Origin: an uncultured Bacilli bacterium
Lineage (GTDB): Bacteria; Bacillota_I; Bacilli_A; RF39; UBA660
Length of the DNA stretch: 49,879 bases
Assembly (NCBI GenBank): GCA_947631475.1
Contig: CANRLI010000002.1
Coordinates: 1 to 49,879 of the forward strand
Direction of reading: 5' to 3'
Made by a program: the position numbers and the translations under genes. Of the stretch, positions 1 through 8,475 are shown piece after piece (position 1 is the stretch's first letter; each line of letters starts with the position of its first letter). The notes under the pieces were generated by a model. The model searched no databases, was not told the origin of the DNA, and worked only from the letters and a program-made list of their open reading frames with translations.

Positions 1-855
1 TTAGTTACACAAAGAGCAACTCAATTATCAAAAGAGTTAATTGATTCAGGATTATATAATGTTAGAACAAATGCACCATATACTACTGAAGAAATTAAAA
101 CATTAATTGAATTTATTAATGGTGTTTACGTTCCAGCTAATGAAACTGAGGCATTTACTTTAGTTGATTATTATTTAGATTTAGCATTAGCACCACTTAA
201 TTCAGAACATTTATTATATGCTGTACAATACCAAGGTGGAGAAGATAGTTTTAAAGATATTCTTCAAGATAAAATAAATAATTATCATAAAATTAATTTT
301 GTTGATAATATGTTACTTGGTGATAGTACTGTTGGACCATATTTAAAATGGTTTGAAAATCAATATAATAGAATGATTTGTACAACAGATAGAGCTGAAT
401 GTAAGAATATCTATGAAAATATGATTCAAAGTTTAGCTGACATTGTTTACGGTGATGGATATTTACTTGATGGCAAAATATATAAAGAGCAAGATTTCCT
501 AGGATTAGATAAAATTAATTCTGGTAATGTCCTTCAATTACTAGTATATATGATGGAACCACTTAAAACGGAAACTGTTAAAGATACATATACTATTAAT
601 AACAAATATCTATCTGCTAAACCAGAAGAACAAAAAGCTGTAGTTTACTATGATGATATTGTTGAACATTTCAATGCTTTATGTGCTAATGATTTAGTTG
701 AGGTAGGCCTTGATGATAAGGGCTTATTAAGCGATAAAAAGGGTGAAAACTTCTCATATATCAATCAAGTTAATACTGTAAACCAAGCTTTAATTAATGA
801 TTATGCTAAAAATAACACTGCTAGTAAAGATTACACAAAAGAATTAAACAATTAA
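1..855 (+). CDS. hypothetical protein, C-terminal fragment (ORF open to the window edge)
   Basis: Frame 1 has no stop from nt 1 to the TAA at 853-855. The ORF track shows only the part from an internal Met at 310. It ends just before the RBS of the next gene. No family recognised. Confidence 0.55.
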   Translation, partial: LVTQRATQLSKELIDSGLYNVRTNAPYTTEEIKTLIEFINGVYVPANETEAFTLVDYYLDLALAPLNSEHLLYAVQYQGGEDSFKDILQDKINNYHKINFVDNMLLGDSTVGPYLKWFENQYNRMICTTDRAECKNIYENMIQSLADIVYGDGYLLDGKIYKEQDFLGLDKINSGNVLQLLVYMMEPLKTETVKDTYTINNKYLSAKPEEQKAVVYYDDIVEHFNALCANDLVEVGLDDKGLLSDKKGENFSYINQVNTVNQALINDYAKNNTASKDYTKELNN

Positions 856-872
856 AATAGGAGGGTTTGAAG

Positions 873-3422
873 ATGTACGAAAATAATAATGTTACTTATA
901 AAGTAGGAATAAATTGGAAAGATATTTTAATCAAAATTATAATGTTAGCTTTATTTATTATTTTGTTATTATGGTTATTTCCAAGACCTAATTTAGATGT
1001 ATTTTATGATACTGTTTATAACAATAATATTAATGCAATGAAAGATGCCGCAAGAGATTATTATACTGTAGATAGATTACCAAAAAATGTTGGTGAACAA
1101 TCTTCTATGACTTTAAAAGAAATGTTTGATAATCATTTGTTAATTAGATTTACTGATAAAGATGGTAAAACATGTGATGAGACAGCTAGTAAAGTTACTG
1201 TTTCAAAAATTTCTGAAAATGAATATGCTTTAAAAGTTCAATTAAATTGTGGAGAACAGGCAGATTATATTTTAGATACTATTGGTTGTACATCTGTTTG
1301 TACTAATGGATCTTGTCAAACAGTAATTGTTGATAAAGATGAAGATAATTCAAATTCTGATAATACTATCGCCGATAATAATAACAATAGTAATAATGTT
1401 GATGATAATATCGATGATGAGTTATTTGTAAATAAGGTTACTTATTATCAACATAAAAAACCAATAACTACTACAAAAATTGTTTATACTTGTCCTGATG
1501 GTTATACCAAAAATGGTACTAAATGTATAAAAGAAACTACTGGGGCAACTATTGATGCTACTCCTGTTTATAATCCAGATGAAACTGTTATTGTTGATGC
1601 TAAATACACAACAATAGGAGAAAGAGAATATGTAAATCCAGTTAAAACAAAGGTTGGAACTGATTATACTTGTCCTAAAGGATATACATTAAATGGATCT
1701 TATTGTATCAAATATACGGATGCTGTAGAACATACAACTCCTGGTACTTATACTTGTCCTGATAAAAATTATGAATTAGTAGGTAAAAAATGTATTTATA
1801 CATATGATGCTACTTATACTTCAGGTAAAATAAATTATATTTGCCCTAAGGGTGGAGATTTAGATGGTACTAAATGTATTTTAACAATAGATGCTACAGT
1901 TAAAACAGATTATGTTTGTCCTAGTGGATATACTCCAAATGGAGCAAGTTGTTATAAAGTTTATAATGCTACGGCTAAGACAGATTATGTTTGTCCTAGT
2001 GGATATACTCCAAATGGTAATAAATGTATAAAAACTTATCCTGCTACAACTAAAACAACTTATACTTGTGCTTATGGTGGAGATCCTGATAGTAATCATA
2101 ATTGTTCTTATAAAGCAACAATTAAATCTTCATATACTTGCCCTAAGGGTGGTAGCTCAGATAATAAAGGTAACTGTATTTATAAAGCAACAGCTAAAAC
2201 AACTTATACTTGTCCTAATGGTGGTAGTCCAGATAGCAATGGAAATTGTTACTATACTGGTACTGCAAAAGTAGATTATGGTAATTGGGTTGTTCAATGG
2301 GTTAAATATTATACTACAGCACAAGATGTTTTCACTCATGAAACAGAAAAATTAGAATTTAATGGTGCTGTTAGTGGTGCTGTTTGTGGAGAACCATGTG
2401 GTAATAAGGGTATTTGGTATAAATATACATATTATACAAGAACTGTTAAAACCACTTATACTTGTCCTAAGGGTGGTACTCCTAATAGTAGTGGTATGTG
2501 TTACTATAAAGGTACGCCAAATACTAAATATACTTGTGCTTATGGTGGAGATCCTGATAGTAATCATAATTGTTCTTATAAAGCTACAACTAATTCTTCA
2601 TATACTTGTCCTAAGGGTGGTAGCTCAGATAATAAAGGTAATTGTATATATAAAGCAACTACTAAGACAGATAAAGTTTGTACACAAGGTGGAGATCTAA
2701 ATGGTCAAACATGTAAAATTATAATTGATGGTACACCAAAGACTAGTTATATTTGTCCTAATGGTGGAGATCTAAATGGTACAAAATGTGTATTAACGGC
2801 TACGGCTGTTATAAAAACTGAATATGTTTGTCCTAAAGGTTATGAACCAAATGGTAAGAAATGTGTTTATACATATGATGCAACTATAGTAGTTGGAAAA
2901 GGAAATTATATTTGTCCTAAGGGTGGAGATTTAAGTGGTACAAAATGTGTAATAACTAAAGATGCTACTTATACACCTGGAGCTACAACTTACACTTGTC
3001 CTGATGGTTATACACTAAATGGTAAACAATGTATTCATACTATAAGTGCTACGGCAACAGATATTTATGATTACGTTTGTCCTGATGGTTATGAAACTGA
3101 AGGTAGTGGAGAAAATACTAAATGTTATGTTGTTTCTACTGTAAATAAATATTATTGTGAAGATACTAGCGCAACTTTAAATGGTACTAAATGTATTAGT
3201 ACTATTAAAGGAAGTATTAGTCATTATACTTGTCCTAGTGATTATAGTGTAAATGGTGATAAATGTATTAAACAATCTATTATTACTATAGATGCAATTG
3301 AAAATGTTGAGCAAACTACTTCTTATAAATATACTTGGAGTAAGAGTTCTTACTTAGAAGGTTGGATATTTACTGGTAAGACTAAAGTAGTTACTGAGAA
3401 CTATGTTGCTGGACAAAAATAA
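873..3422 (+). CDS. membrane-anchored Cys-rich tandem-repeat protein (about 20 copies of Y-x-C-P-x-G-[GY]...G-x-x-C), function unknown
   Basis: The ATG at 873 lies 7 nt after AGGAGGG (859-865). The track's TTG at 867 sits inside that spacer. The N-terminal hydrophobic stretch ILIKIIMLALFIILLLWLF looks like a signal anchor. An Asn/Asp-rich linker follows, then about 20 units of 23-28 aa with one Cys pair each. I count about 47 Cys. No LPXTG. Confidence 0.8.
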   Translation: MYENNNVTYKVGINWKDILIKIIMLALFIILLLWLFPRPNLDVFYDTVYNNNINAMKDAARDYYTVDRLPKNVGEQSSMTLKEMFDNHLLIRFTDKDGKTCDETASKVTVSKISENEYALKVQLNCGEQADYILDTIGCTSVCTNGSCQTVIVDKDEDNSNSDNTIADNNNNSNNVDDNIDDELFVNKVTYYQHKKPITTTKIVYTCPDGYTKNGTKCIKETTGATIDATPVYNPDETVIVDAKYTTIGEREYVNPVKTKVGTDYTCPKGYTLNGSYCIKYTDAVEHTTPGTYTCPDKNYELVGKKCIYTYDATYTSGKINYICPKGGDLDGTKCILTIDATVKTDYVCPSGYTPNGASCYKVYNATAKTDYVCPSGYTPNGNKCIKTYPATTKTTYTCAYGGDPDSNHNCSYKATIKSSYTCPKGGSSDNKGNCIYKATAKTTYTCPNGGSPDSNGNCYYTGTAKVDYGNWVVQWVKYYTTAQDVFTHETEKLEFNGAVSGAVCGEPCGNKGIWYKYTYYTRTVKTTYTCPKGGTPNSSGMCYYKGTPNTKYTCAYGGDPDSNHNCSYKATTNSSYTCPKGGSSDNKGNCIYKATTKTDKVCTQGGDLNGQTCKIIIDGTPKTSYICPNGGDLNGTKCVLTATAVIKTEYVCPKGYEPNGKKCVYTYDATIVVGKGNYICPKGGDLSGTKCVITKDATYTPGATTYTCPDGYTLNGKQCIHTISATATDIYDYVCPDGYETEGSGENTKCYVVSTVNKYYCEDTSATLNGTKCISTIKGSISHYTCPSDYSVNGDKCIKQSIITIDAIENVEQTTSYKYTWSKSSYLEGWIFTGKTKVVTENYVAGQK
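1905..2017 (+). repeat. perfect 38-bp direct repeat (1905-1942 and 1980-2017), one 75-bp (25-codon) repeat unit apart
   Basis: acagattatgtttgtcctagtggatatactccaaatgg occurs twice. It encodes TDYVCPSGYTPNG in two adjacent protein repeats. Confidence 0.9.
2061..2660 (+). repeat. about 132-bp near-identical dispersed direct repeat inside the Cys-repeat gene (copies 2061-2192 and 2529-2660)
   Basis: Both copies read tatacttgtgcttatggtggagatcctgatagtaatcataattgttcttataaagc...cctaagggtggtagctcagataataaaggtaa, with only a handful of mismatches by eye. Each encodes YTCAYGGDPDSNHNCSYKAT..SSYTCPKGGSSDNKGNCIYKAT. Confidence 0.9.
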
Positions 3423-3436
3423 TAAATTAAAAAGTT

Positions 3437-3461
3437 CTGATATATAATATCAGGCTTTTTT
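3437..3461 (+). terminator. weak candidate intrinsic terminator after the Cys-repeat gene
   Basis: ctgatat-ata-atatcag forms a 7-bp A/T-rich stem, followed by gcttttttat. Confidence 0.35.
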
Positions 3462-3551
3462 ATGCTTTTTAAGCTATTTAGAAGGTTTTTATTTCAGATG
3501 AATATTTAGTCATGTTTTTATTAAATGTTCTTTATTTGGCTTAAAAACATA

Positions 3552-3581
3552 TAAAAAAGGAATAATATCTATTCCTTTTTA
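3552..3581 (-). terminator. intrinsic terminator of pheST
   Basis: The minus-strand RNA reads AGGAAUA-GAUAU-UAUUCCU followed by UUUUUUA, immediately after the pheT stop. Confidence 0.6.
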
Positions 3582-5951
3582 TTAATTTCTTAATTTAGCA
3601 TTAATTTCTGATTCAACAGTACTAATTATTTTATTAAATATTTCCATTACTTCATCATCTAGTAAAGTTTTAGTGTTATCTTTAAAAGTTAATTTATAAG
3701 CTATAGATTTCTTACCTTCTTCAATATTATTATATAAATCAAAGACAGTTACATTATCTAATAAACGACCACCTGTTTTTTTAATAATTGATTTAATAGT
3801 ATCACTTTCTACATTATTATCTACAACAAAGGCGACGTCTTTAACTATTTCTGGATATTTAGATGCTTCTTTAAATTTTATTGGTTTAATAGACTTATTA
3901 TATAATTTAGTTAAAGATATTTCAGCAACATATATTTCATCTTTTTTATAGCTTGGATGAAGACGACCTATTATACCAATTTCATCTTTATCTAATATAA
4001 TTTGAGCACTAATACCAGGATGTAAATTAGTAACATTGTTAATTGCTTTAAAAGTATATCTATTTTTAAAACCTAAGTAATCTAATAAGTTTTCTACTAT
4101 ACCTTTAATTGTATAGAAATCACATTTTATTATATTATGTTGCCATTCATTTGTAAGGTAGTTACCTTTCATTAAAATAGCTATTTTACTATCTTCATTA
4201 TAATTAATATCATAGGTTTTAGCTATTTCATATAATAAAATATCCTTTATTTGACGAGCTTTATTATATTCGTAAACATTAACTAATGATGGAATTATAG
4301 AAGTACGAATAACTGATTTATCACTGCTCATTGGATTTGGTAAAACAATGGCTTTTTTATTTTCATAGTTAAAAAGACTACTCATTTCTGGACTAATTAA
4401 TGTATATGTTTTAGTTTCATTTAGTCCTAAAGTTCTTAAACGTTTGGAAACAGCTTTTCGCATTGCTACATCGCCGACATATATACCTCGTCTAGTAGGA
4501 ATTGATGGTAATGTCGACTGTAAGTTTTCGTATCCATATAGTCGACCAATTTCTTCAGCAATATCGTTAACATTTGGATCAATATCTAAACGACGATGAG
4601 GAATTGTAACTGTAAAAATATTCTTTTCTAATTTGTAAGTAAAACCTAAACGATTAAGTTCAGTTTCAACATCTTTATCAGTTAAATCTAAACCTAATAA
4701 GGTACTGATTTCGGCTGTTTTAAAGCTAACTATTTTGGTGGTTTTATCTATTTTATCGTGAATTAATTTGCCTTTTAAAACAGTTGCATTAGCATACTTT
4801 TCTAAAAGGTAACAAGCTCTATCTAAAGCAGCATCAGTGTATTCAAAAGATAAACCTTTGCCATAACGAATAGATGCTTCACTTTTTAAATCTAAACGAT
4901 TTGAAGTATATCTAATACTTACAGCATCAAAAATAGCGCTTTCAATTAAGATTTCTTTTGTGTTATCATCAACATCAGTATTTTCTCCACCCATAACTCC
5001 AGCAATACATACTGGTTTTTTACCATCTGTAATAACAATATCTGTATCTTTTAATGTTCTTGTTTGACCATCTAAGGTAATTATTGTTTCATCTTTTTCG
5101 GCTGTTCTAACTAAAATGTTATTACCTAATTTGTTTTTATCAAAGAAATGAAGAGGTTGACCATATTCTAACATTACATAGTTAGAAATATCGACAACAT
5201 TATTTATTGGTCTCATACCAGCACTAATAAGTCTTTTTTTAATAAAATCAGGTGATTCTTTTATTTCAATATTTTTAACCATTTTAGCTGTATAATATGG
5301 GCATTTTTCGGTAGCAACTTTTAAGGTAGCATATTGATTAATGTCATCAGAACATTCTTTATAATCAGCTGGTGGTAAATTAACCTTTTTATTTAAAATA
5401 CAAGCTATTTCATAGGCAAAGCCAATGTGGTAATAACAATCGTTGTTACGATGCTTATGGACGTCTAATTCATATAAAGTATCATCGGTACCTAGGTAAA
5501 TATTTGCATCTGTACCAGGTTGTAAATCAGTATCTAAAACGGCAATTCCTTTAGCATAGGTTTCATCATTTTTTTCTTCTAAGCCTAATTCAAATAGAGC
5601 ACATATCATTCCATTTGATTCTTGCCCACGTATTGTACCAGCTTTGATTTCAAAATCACCTGGTAGAATACATCCTGGTAAAGCAACTAGTACTTTTATT
5701 CCTTCTTTAACATTAGAAGCACCACATACAATTTGGATTGTCTTTTGTCCAACATCAACTTGGCAAACATTTAGATGATCACTATCAGGATGAGGAGTAC
5801 AAGAAATAACTTTACCTATTACAAGGTTTTCAATACGACTATCTACAACTTTTTCAACATTAACCCCTGCTTTAGTTATTTTAACTGCTAAATCATGTAA
5901 ATTTTCATCTTTAATATCTACATAGTCTTTAACCCAATTTAAACTTATCAT
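3582..5951 (-). CDS. pheT: phenylalanine--tRNA ligase beta subunit
   Basis: 789 aa. N-terminal tRNA-binding domain, then B3/4, B5 and FDX-ACB layout. It starts 2 nt after pheS ends. Confidence 0.95.
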   Translation of the reverse strand: MISLNWVKDYVDIKDENLHDLAVKITKAGVNVEKVVDSRIENLVIGKVISCTPHPDSDHLNVCQVDVGQKTIQIVCGASNVKEGIKVLVALPGCILPGDFEIKAGTIRGQESNGMICALFELGLEEKNDETYAKGIAVLDTDLQPGTDANIYLGTDDTLYELDVHKHRNNDCYYHIGFAYEIACILNKKVNLPPADYKECSDDINQYATLKVATEKCPYYTAKMVKNIEIKESPDFIKKRLISAGMRPINNVVDISNYVMLEYGQPLHFFDKNKLGNNILVRTAEKDETIITLDGQTRTLKDTDIVITDGKKPVCIAGVMGGENTDVDDNTKEILIESAIFDAVSIRYTSNRLDLKSEASIRYGKGLSFEYTDAALDRACYLLEKYANATVLKGKLIHDKIDKTTKIVSFKTAEISTLLGLDLTDKDVETELNRLGFTYKLEKNIFTVTIPHRRLDIDPNVNDIAEEIGRLYGYENLQSTLPSIPTRRGIYVGDVAMRKAVSKRLRTLGLNETKTYTLISPEMSSLFNYENKKAIVLPNPMSSDKSVIRTSIIPSLVNVYEYNKARQIKDILLYEIAKTYDINYNEDSKIAILMKGNYLTNEWQHNIIKCDFYTIKGIVENLLDYLGFKNRYTFKAINNVTNLHPGISAQIILDKDEIGIIGRLHPSYKKDEIYVAEISLTKLYNKSIKPIKFKEASKYPEIVKDVAFVVDNNVESDTIKSIIKKTGGRLLDNVTVFDLYNNIEEGKKSIAYKLTFKDNTKTLLDDEVMEIFNKIISTVESEINAKLRN

Positions 5952-5953
5952 AA

Positions 5954-6997
5954 TTACACATCCTTTCTATCAAAGGTTTTTGATTCTCTTAAGTCAGTTT
6001 GATAGAATGTTCTAATATCGTTGATTCCATATTTTAGCATGGCAAGTCTTTCTGCCCCAAAACCAAAGGCAAATCCAGACCAAACAGCAGGGTCATATCC
6101 ACAATTTCTTAAAACATTAGGATGAACCATTCCTGCCCCACTAACGGTTATCCAGCCAGTATTTTTACATAAAGAGCATCCTTTTCCTTTACAAACAAAG
6201 CAAGAAATATCAGTTTCAACGGAAGGTTCAGTAAATTGATAGTAACTTGGTCTAAATCTTGTTTCACAATCTTCACCAAATAATTTTTTTGCAATAACAT
6301 CAAAGGTGCCTTTTAAGTCAGATAAGCGGATATTTTTATCAACAAGTAAGCCTTCTATTTGCATAAATTGATGTGAATGGGTAGCATCATCAGCATCACG
6401 ACGATAGGTTTTACCAGGGCAAATCATACGAACTGGTGTGTTTCCCCCAGCTTTAAGCATTGTTCTTATTTGAACTGGAGATGTTTGACTTCGTAAAAGG
6501 ATTGTTTCATCTTCAATATAAAAGGTATCTTGAGCATCACGAGCAGGATGACCTTTGGGAATATTTAGTAATTCAAAATTATATTTATCTTCTTCTACTT
6601 CAGGGCCATCAACGACATCATAACCCATTGACATAAAGACTTCTTCAACTTCTTCTATAATTTTTTCTAAAATATTAGGTGCTCCAATAGGAATATTAGT
6701 AGCTGGTAATGTAACATCTATTTGTTCACTAGCTAATTTTTGATTAAGTTCTTCTTCAGTGTATTTTTTTACATAAGCATCAATTTTAGAAGTCAATTCT
6801 TGCTTTAAATCGTTTAATAATTTACCAAAATCTTTTTTTTCTTCAGGTTTTAAGTCTCTCATATAGATAGTTAATTCGTTTACAGGACCTTTTTTACCTA
6901 AATATTTGACTTTTAGTTCATTAACTTCTTTTAAATTAGTGGTTTTAGCTAGTTCACTTTCAAATTCTTGTTTTAATGTTTCAATTTTCTCTTTCAT
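5954..6997 (-). CDS. pheS: phenylalanine--tRNA ligase alpha subunit
   Basis: Class II aaRS core (FRPSYYQFTEPS, GAGMVHPNVL, GFAFGFGAERLAML). The ATG at 6997 lies 8 nt after GGAGG (7006-7010). The track's TTG at 7012 overlaps that RBS. Confidence 0.95.
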   Translation of the reverse strand: MKEKIETLKQEFESELAKTTNLKEVNELKVKYLGKKGPVNELTIYMRDLKPEEKKDFGKLLNDLKQELTSKIDAYVKKYTEEELNQKLASEQIDVTLPATNIPIGAPNILEKIIEEVEEVFMSMGYDVVDGPEVEEDKYNFELLNIPKGHPARDAQDTFYIEDETILLRSQTSPVQIRTMLKAGGNTPVRMICPGKTYRRDADDATHSHQFMQIEGLLVDKNIRLSDLKGTFDVIAKKLFGEDCETRFRPSYYQFTEPSVETDISCFVCKGKGCSLCKNTGWITVSGAGMVHPNVLRNCGYDPAVWSGFAFGFGAERLAMLKYGINDIRTFYQTDLRESKTFDRKDV

Positions 6998-7012
6998 ATT
7001 TATATCCTCCAA

Positions 7013-7232
7013 TAAAAAAAATCTAAAACTAAGGGACGAAATATCTTCCGCGGTACCACCCTAATTCTAGAATTCTAGCTCTTTATATAGATATAACGCA
7101 TCTATGTGCGGGTCGAACTCCAACGATGAATTTCATTATATTATTTATCTTTAAATGCTTTCAGCCGATGGCATTTAATCTCTTTAATAAAGAACTTAAT
7201 ATAATTACTTGTTCGTCTTCAACGTTTTTCTG
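7013..7232 (-). promoter_or_regulatory. T-box leader (tRNA-Phe sensing) of pheST
   Basis: The minus strand carries the conserved T-box sequence AATTAGGGTGGTACCGCG (7049-7066). Stem-I-like AGAGA and AGTA elements lie upstream. A candidate specifier GAAA-UUC-A has its UUC at 7128-7130. A downstream hairpin-capable segment and a run of nine U precede the RBS. Confidence 0.85.
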
Positions 7233-7238
7233 CTCATT

Positions 7239-7267
7239 ATTGTATCACATTAAAAATTTTTAAGCAA
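7239..7267 (-). promoter_or_regulatory. sigma-A type promoter of the pheST T-box leader
   Basis: -35 TTGCTT (7262-7267), 17-nt spacer, extended -10 TGA-TACAAT (7239-7247). Confidence 0.6.
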
Positions 7268-7289
7268 TTAAAATTACGTATTTTTTCTT

Positions 7290-8135
7290 TTATTTTTTAT
7301 TAAAATCGACAATTATATTATAGATATTAATAATTCTATCTTTATCTTCGGCAGAATAGTTAAGCAACACTTTGTCTATTTGTTCTCTTTCTTTTAAAGT
7401 TGTATTTTTTAATAGTTTTTCAAAGGCTACAATGGCATTTTCAATAGAAGTTCTATCGCTTACACGATATAATGACTTTTCTTGCATAATGCCGTAGTAA
7501 GCTTCCTTTTTTAAGAAAGCATTAATACTCTCTTTTAATTGACGATAGATCTTAGGATTTTTATATTCTTCATTAATCATAATGGCATAGGTTAAATTGT
7601 TAATGACATTGTTTTTACTATGAATCTGAGGTGAATAAAGATTTTTTAATTTAGCATAATGCATAATAACTTTTTCAGTTTTAAGGGCTTTGATTTTGTC
7701 ATATTCTATTTTTCGTTTGTTTTGCGTAGAATTTTTATATAAATAAACTATATATAATATTATTAAAAACCAAATAAAGCCTTTAATATCATTAGGATTT
7801 GGAACAACTGTTTGAACCTTAGATATAAAGTAGTTGTAAGTAAATAAGCTTAGAGCAATACTTAAAATACTTTCTAAAAGAAATGTTTGAGGGCTAACTT
7901 CTGAATCTTGATTAATTATATTAGTTATGTAAAAGTTTCTAATAAATATTTCAAATACAACAATTAAAAAGATATTGGTTTTAATTGAGGGGATTAGTGC
8001 AGATATAATAATAATATAAATTGATGGAATCAAGATGTGATTAATTTTGCGATTAGCATTTTTTTGAAAAAAGTTTAAAATAATGGTCAATGGAATGGTT
8101 AAAACAATTTGTAAAATCAAAGTCATTAAAGTCAT
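7290..8135 (-). CDS. polytopic membrane protein (about 5 TM segments) with a soluble C-terminal domain, function unknown
   Basis: 281 aa. There are five hydrophobic segments in aa 1-135, then a charged segment of about 145 aa. RBS AAGGAG lies upstream. Confidence 0.7.
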   Translation of the reverse strand: MTLMTLILQIVLTIPLTIILNFFQKNANRKINHILIPSIYIIIISALIPSIKTNIFLIVVFEIFIRNFYITNIINQDSEVSPQTFLLESILSIALSLFTYNYFISKVQTVVPNPNDIKGFIWFLIILYIVYLYKNSTQNKRKIEYDKIKALKTEKVIMHYAKLKNLYSPQIHSKNNVINNLTYAIMINEEYKNPKIYRQLKESINAFLKKEAYYGIMQEKSLYRVSDRTSIENAIVAFEKLLKNTTLKEREQIDKVLLNYSAEDKDRIINIYNIIVDFNKK

Positions 8136-8159
8136 AGTACATTCTCCTTATTGGTTGCT

Positions 8160-8188
8160 ATACTACTATAAAATAGGGCAAAAGTCAA
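8160..8188 (-). promoter_or_regulatory. candidate promoter of the 281-aa membrane protein gene
   Basis: -35 TTGACT (8183-8188), 17-nt spacer, -10 TAGTAT (8160-8165). Confidence 0.4.
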
Positions 8189-8190
8189 AT

Positions 8191-8214
8191 AAAAAAGTAG
8201 GTATTAAACCTACT
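8191..8214 (-). terminator. intrinsic terminator after the coiled-coil/small-protein operon
   Basis: The minus-strand RNA reads AGUAGGU-UUAAU-ACCUACU followed by UUUUUAU. The stem overlaps the stop codon of the 81-aa ORF. Confidence 0.55.
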
Positions 8215-8458
8215 ATATTTGTGATTTTAAAATTCTCGTTAAAATAATAATTAATTCAGGGTCTTTTACGCGATCAACATAAGTATCTGAACCATCAATT
8301 ATTTCTTCAACTATAGCGACATTTGTTGGAATAATGTCTTTGTTTTCATCTACACCCATTACTAAGAAGTATTTAACTCCCCCATACATGGTTTCATTTA
8401 GTACGACATATTTTTCGTTGTTTTCTAAACTAATTATAGTATTAGTTTTTAAACTCAT
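8213..8458 (-). CDS. small acidic protein, possibly DUF1292-like
   Basis: 81 aa. RBS TAGGAG. It lies 17 nt downstream of the coiled-coil gene. Resemblance to DUF1292 is only loose (a beta-rich ...KYVVLNE...YFLVMGVDE... pattern). Confidence 0.55.
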   Translation of the reverse strand: MSLKTNTIISLENNEKYVVLNETMYGGVKYFLVMGVDENKDIIPTNVAIVEEIIDGSDTYVDRVKDPELIIILTRILKSQI

Positions 8459-8475
8459 AATATCAGCTCCTAAAA

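Noticed and set aside
1881-2700. Five ORF-track entries inside or antisense to the Cys-repeat gene: 1881-2099(-), 2068-2274(+), 2157-2339(-), 2352-2567(-) and 2362-2700(+).
   Set aside because: They are off-frame or antisense readings of the same tandem repeat. They give Ile/Thr/Ser/Val-rich nonsense with the same periodicity. None has an RBS, and all lie entirely within a much longer coherent ORF.
6998-7012. The ORF track's upstream TTG/GTG starts for pheS, and similarly for adk, rplE, rplP, rpmC, tpiA, ftsX, the yitT-like gene, gerQ, the MBL hydrolase, lemA, ung, the yycJ-like gene and the LysM/M23 gene.
   Set aside because: In each case the upstream alternative codon lies inside, or immediately next to, the Shine-Dalgarno sequence that serves a downstream ATG at 5-9 nt spacing. 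The shorter product also matches the canonical N-terminus of the family.
7482-7589. An SLT/lytic-transglycosylase-like motif in the C-terminal domain of the 281-aa membrane protein. AIMINEEYKNP resembles AIIKQESxFNP, and a GIMQ follows later.
   Set aside because: The spacing between the E-containing motif and GIMQ is about twice the canonical distance. No AYNAG-type third motif is present. By the positive-inside rule, both the KNANRK loop and the KNSTQNKRK segment after TM5 place the C-terminal domain in the cytoplasm, where a muramidase makes no sense.
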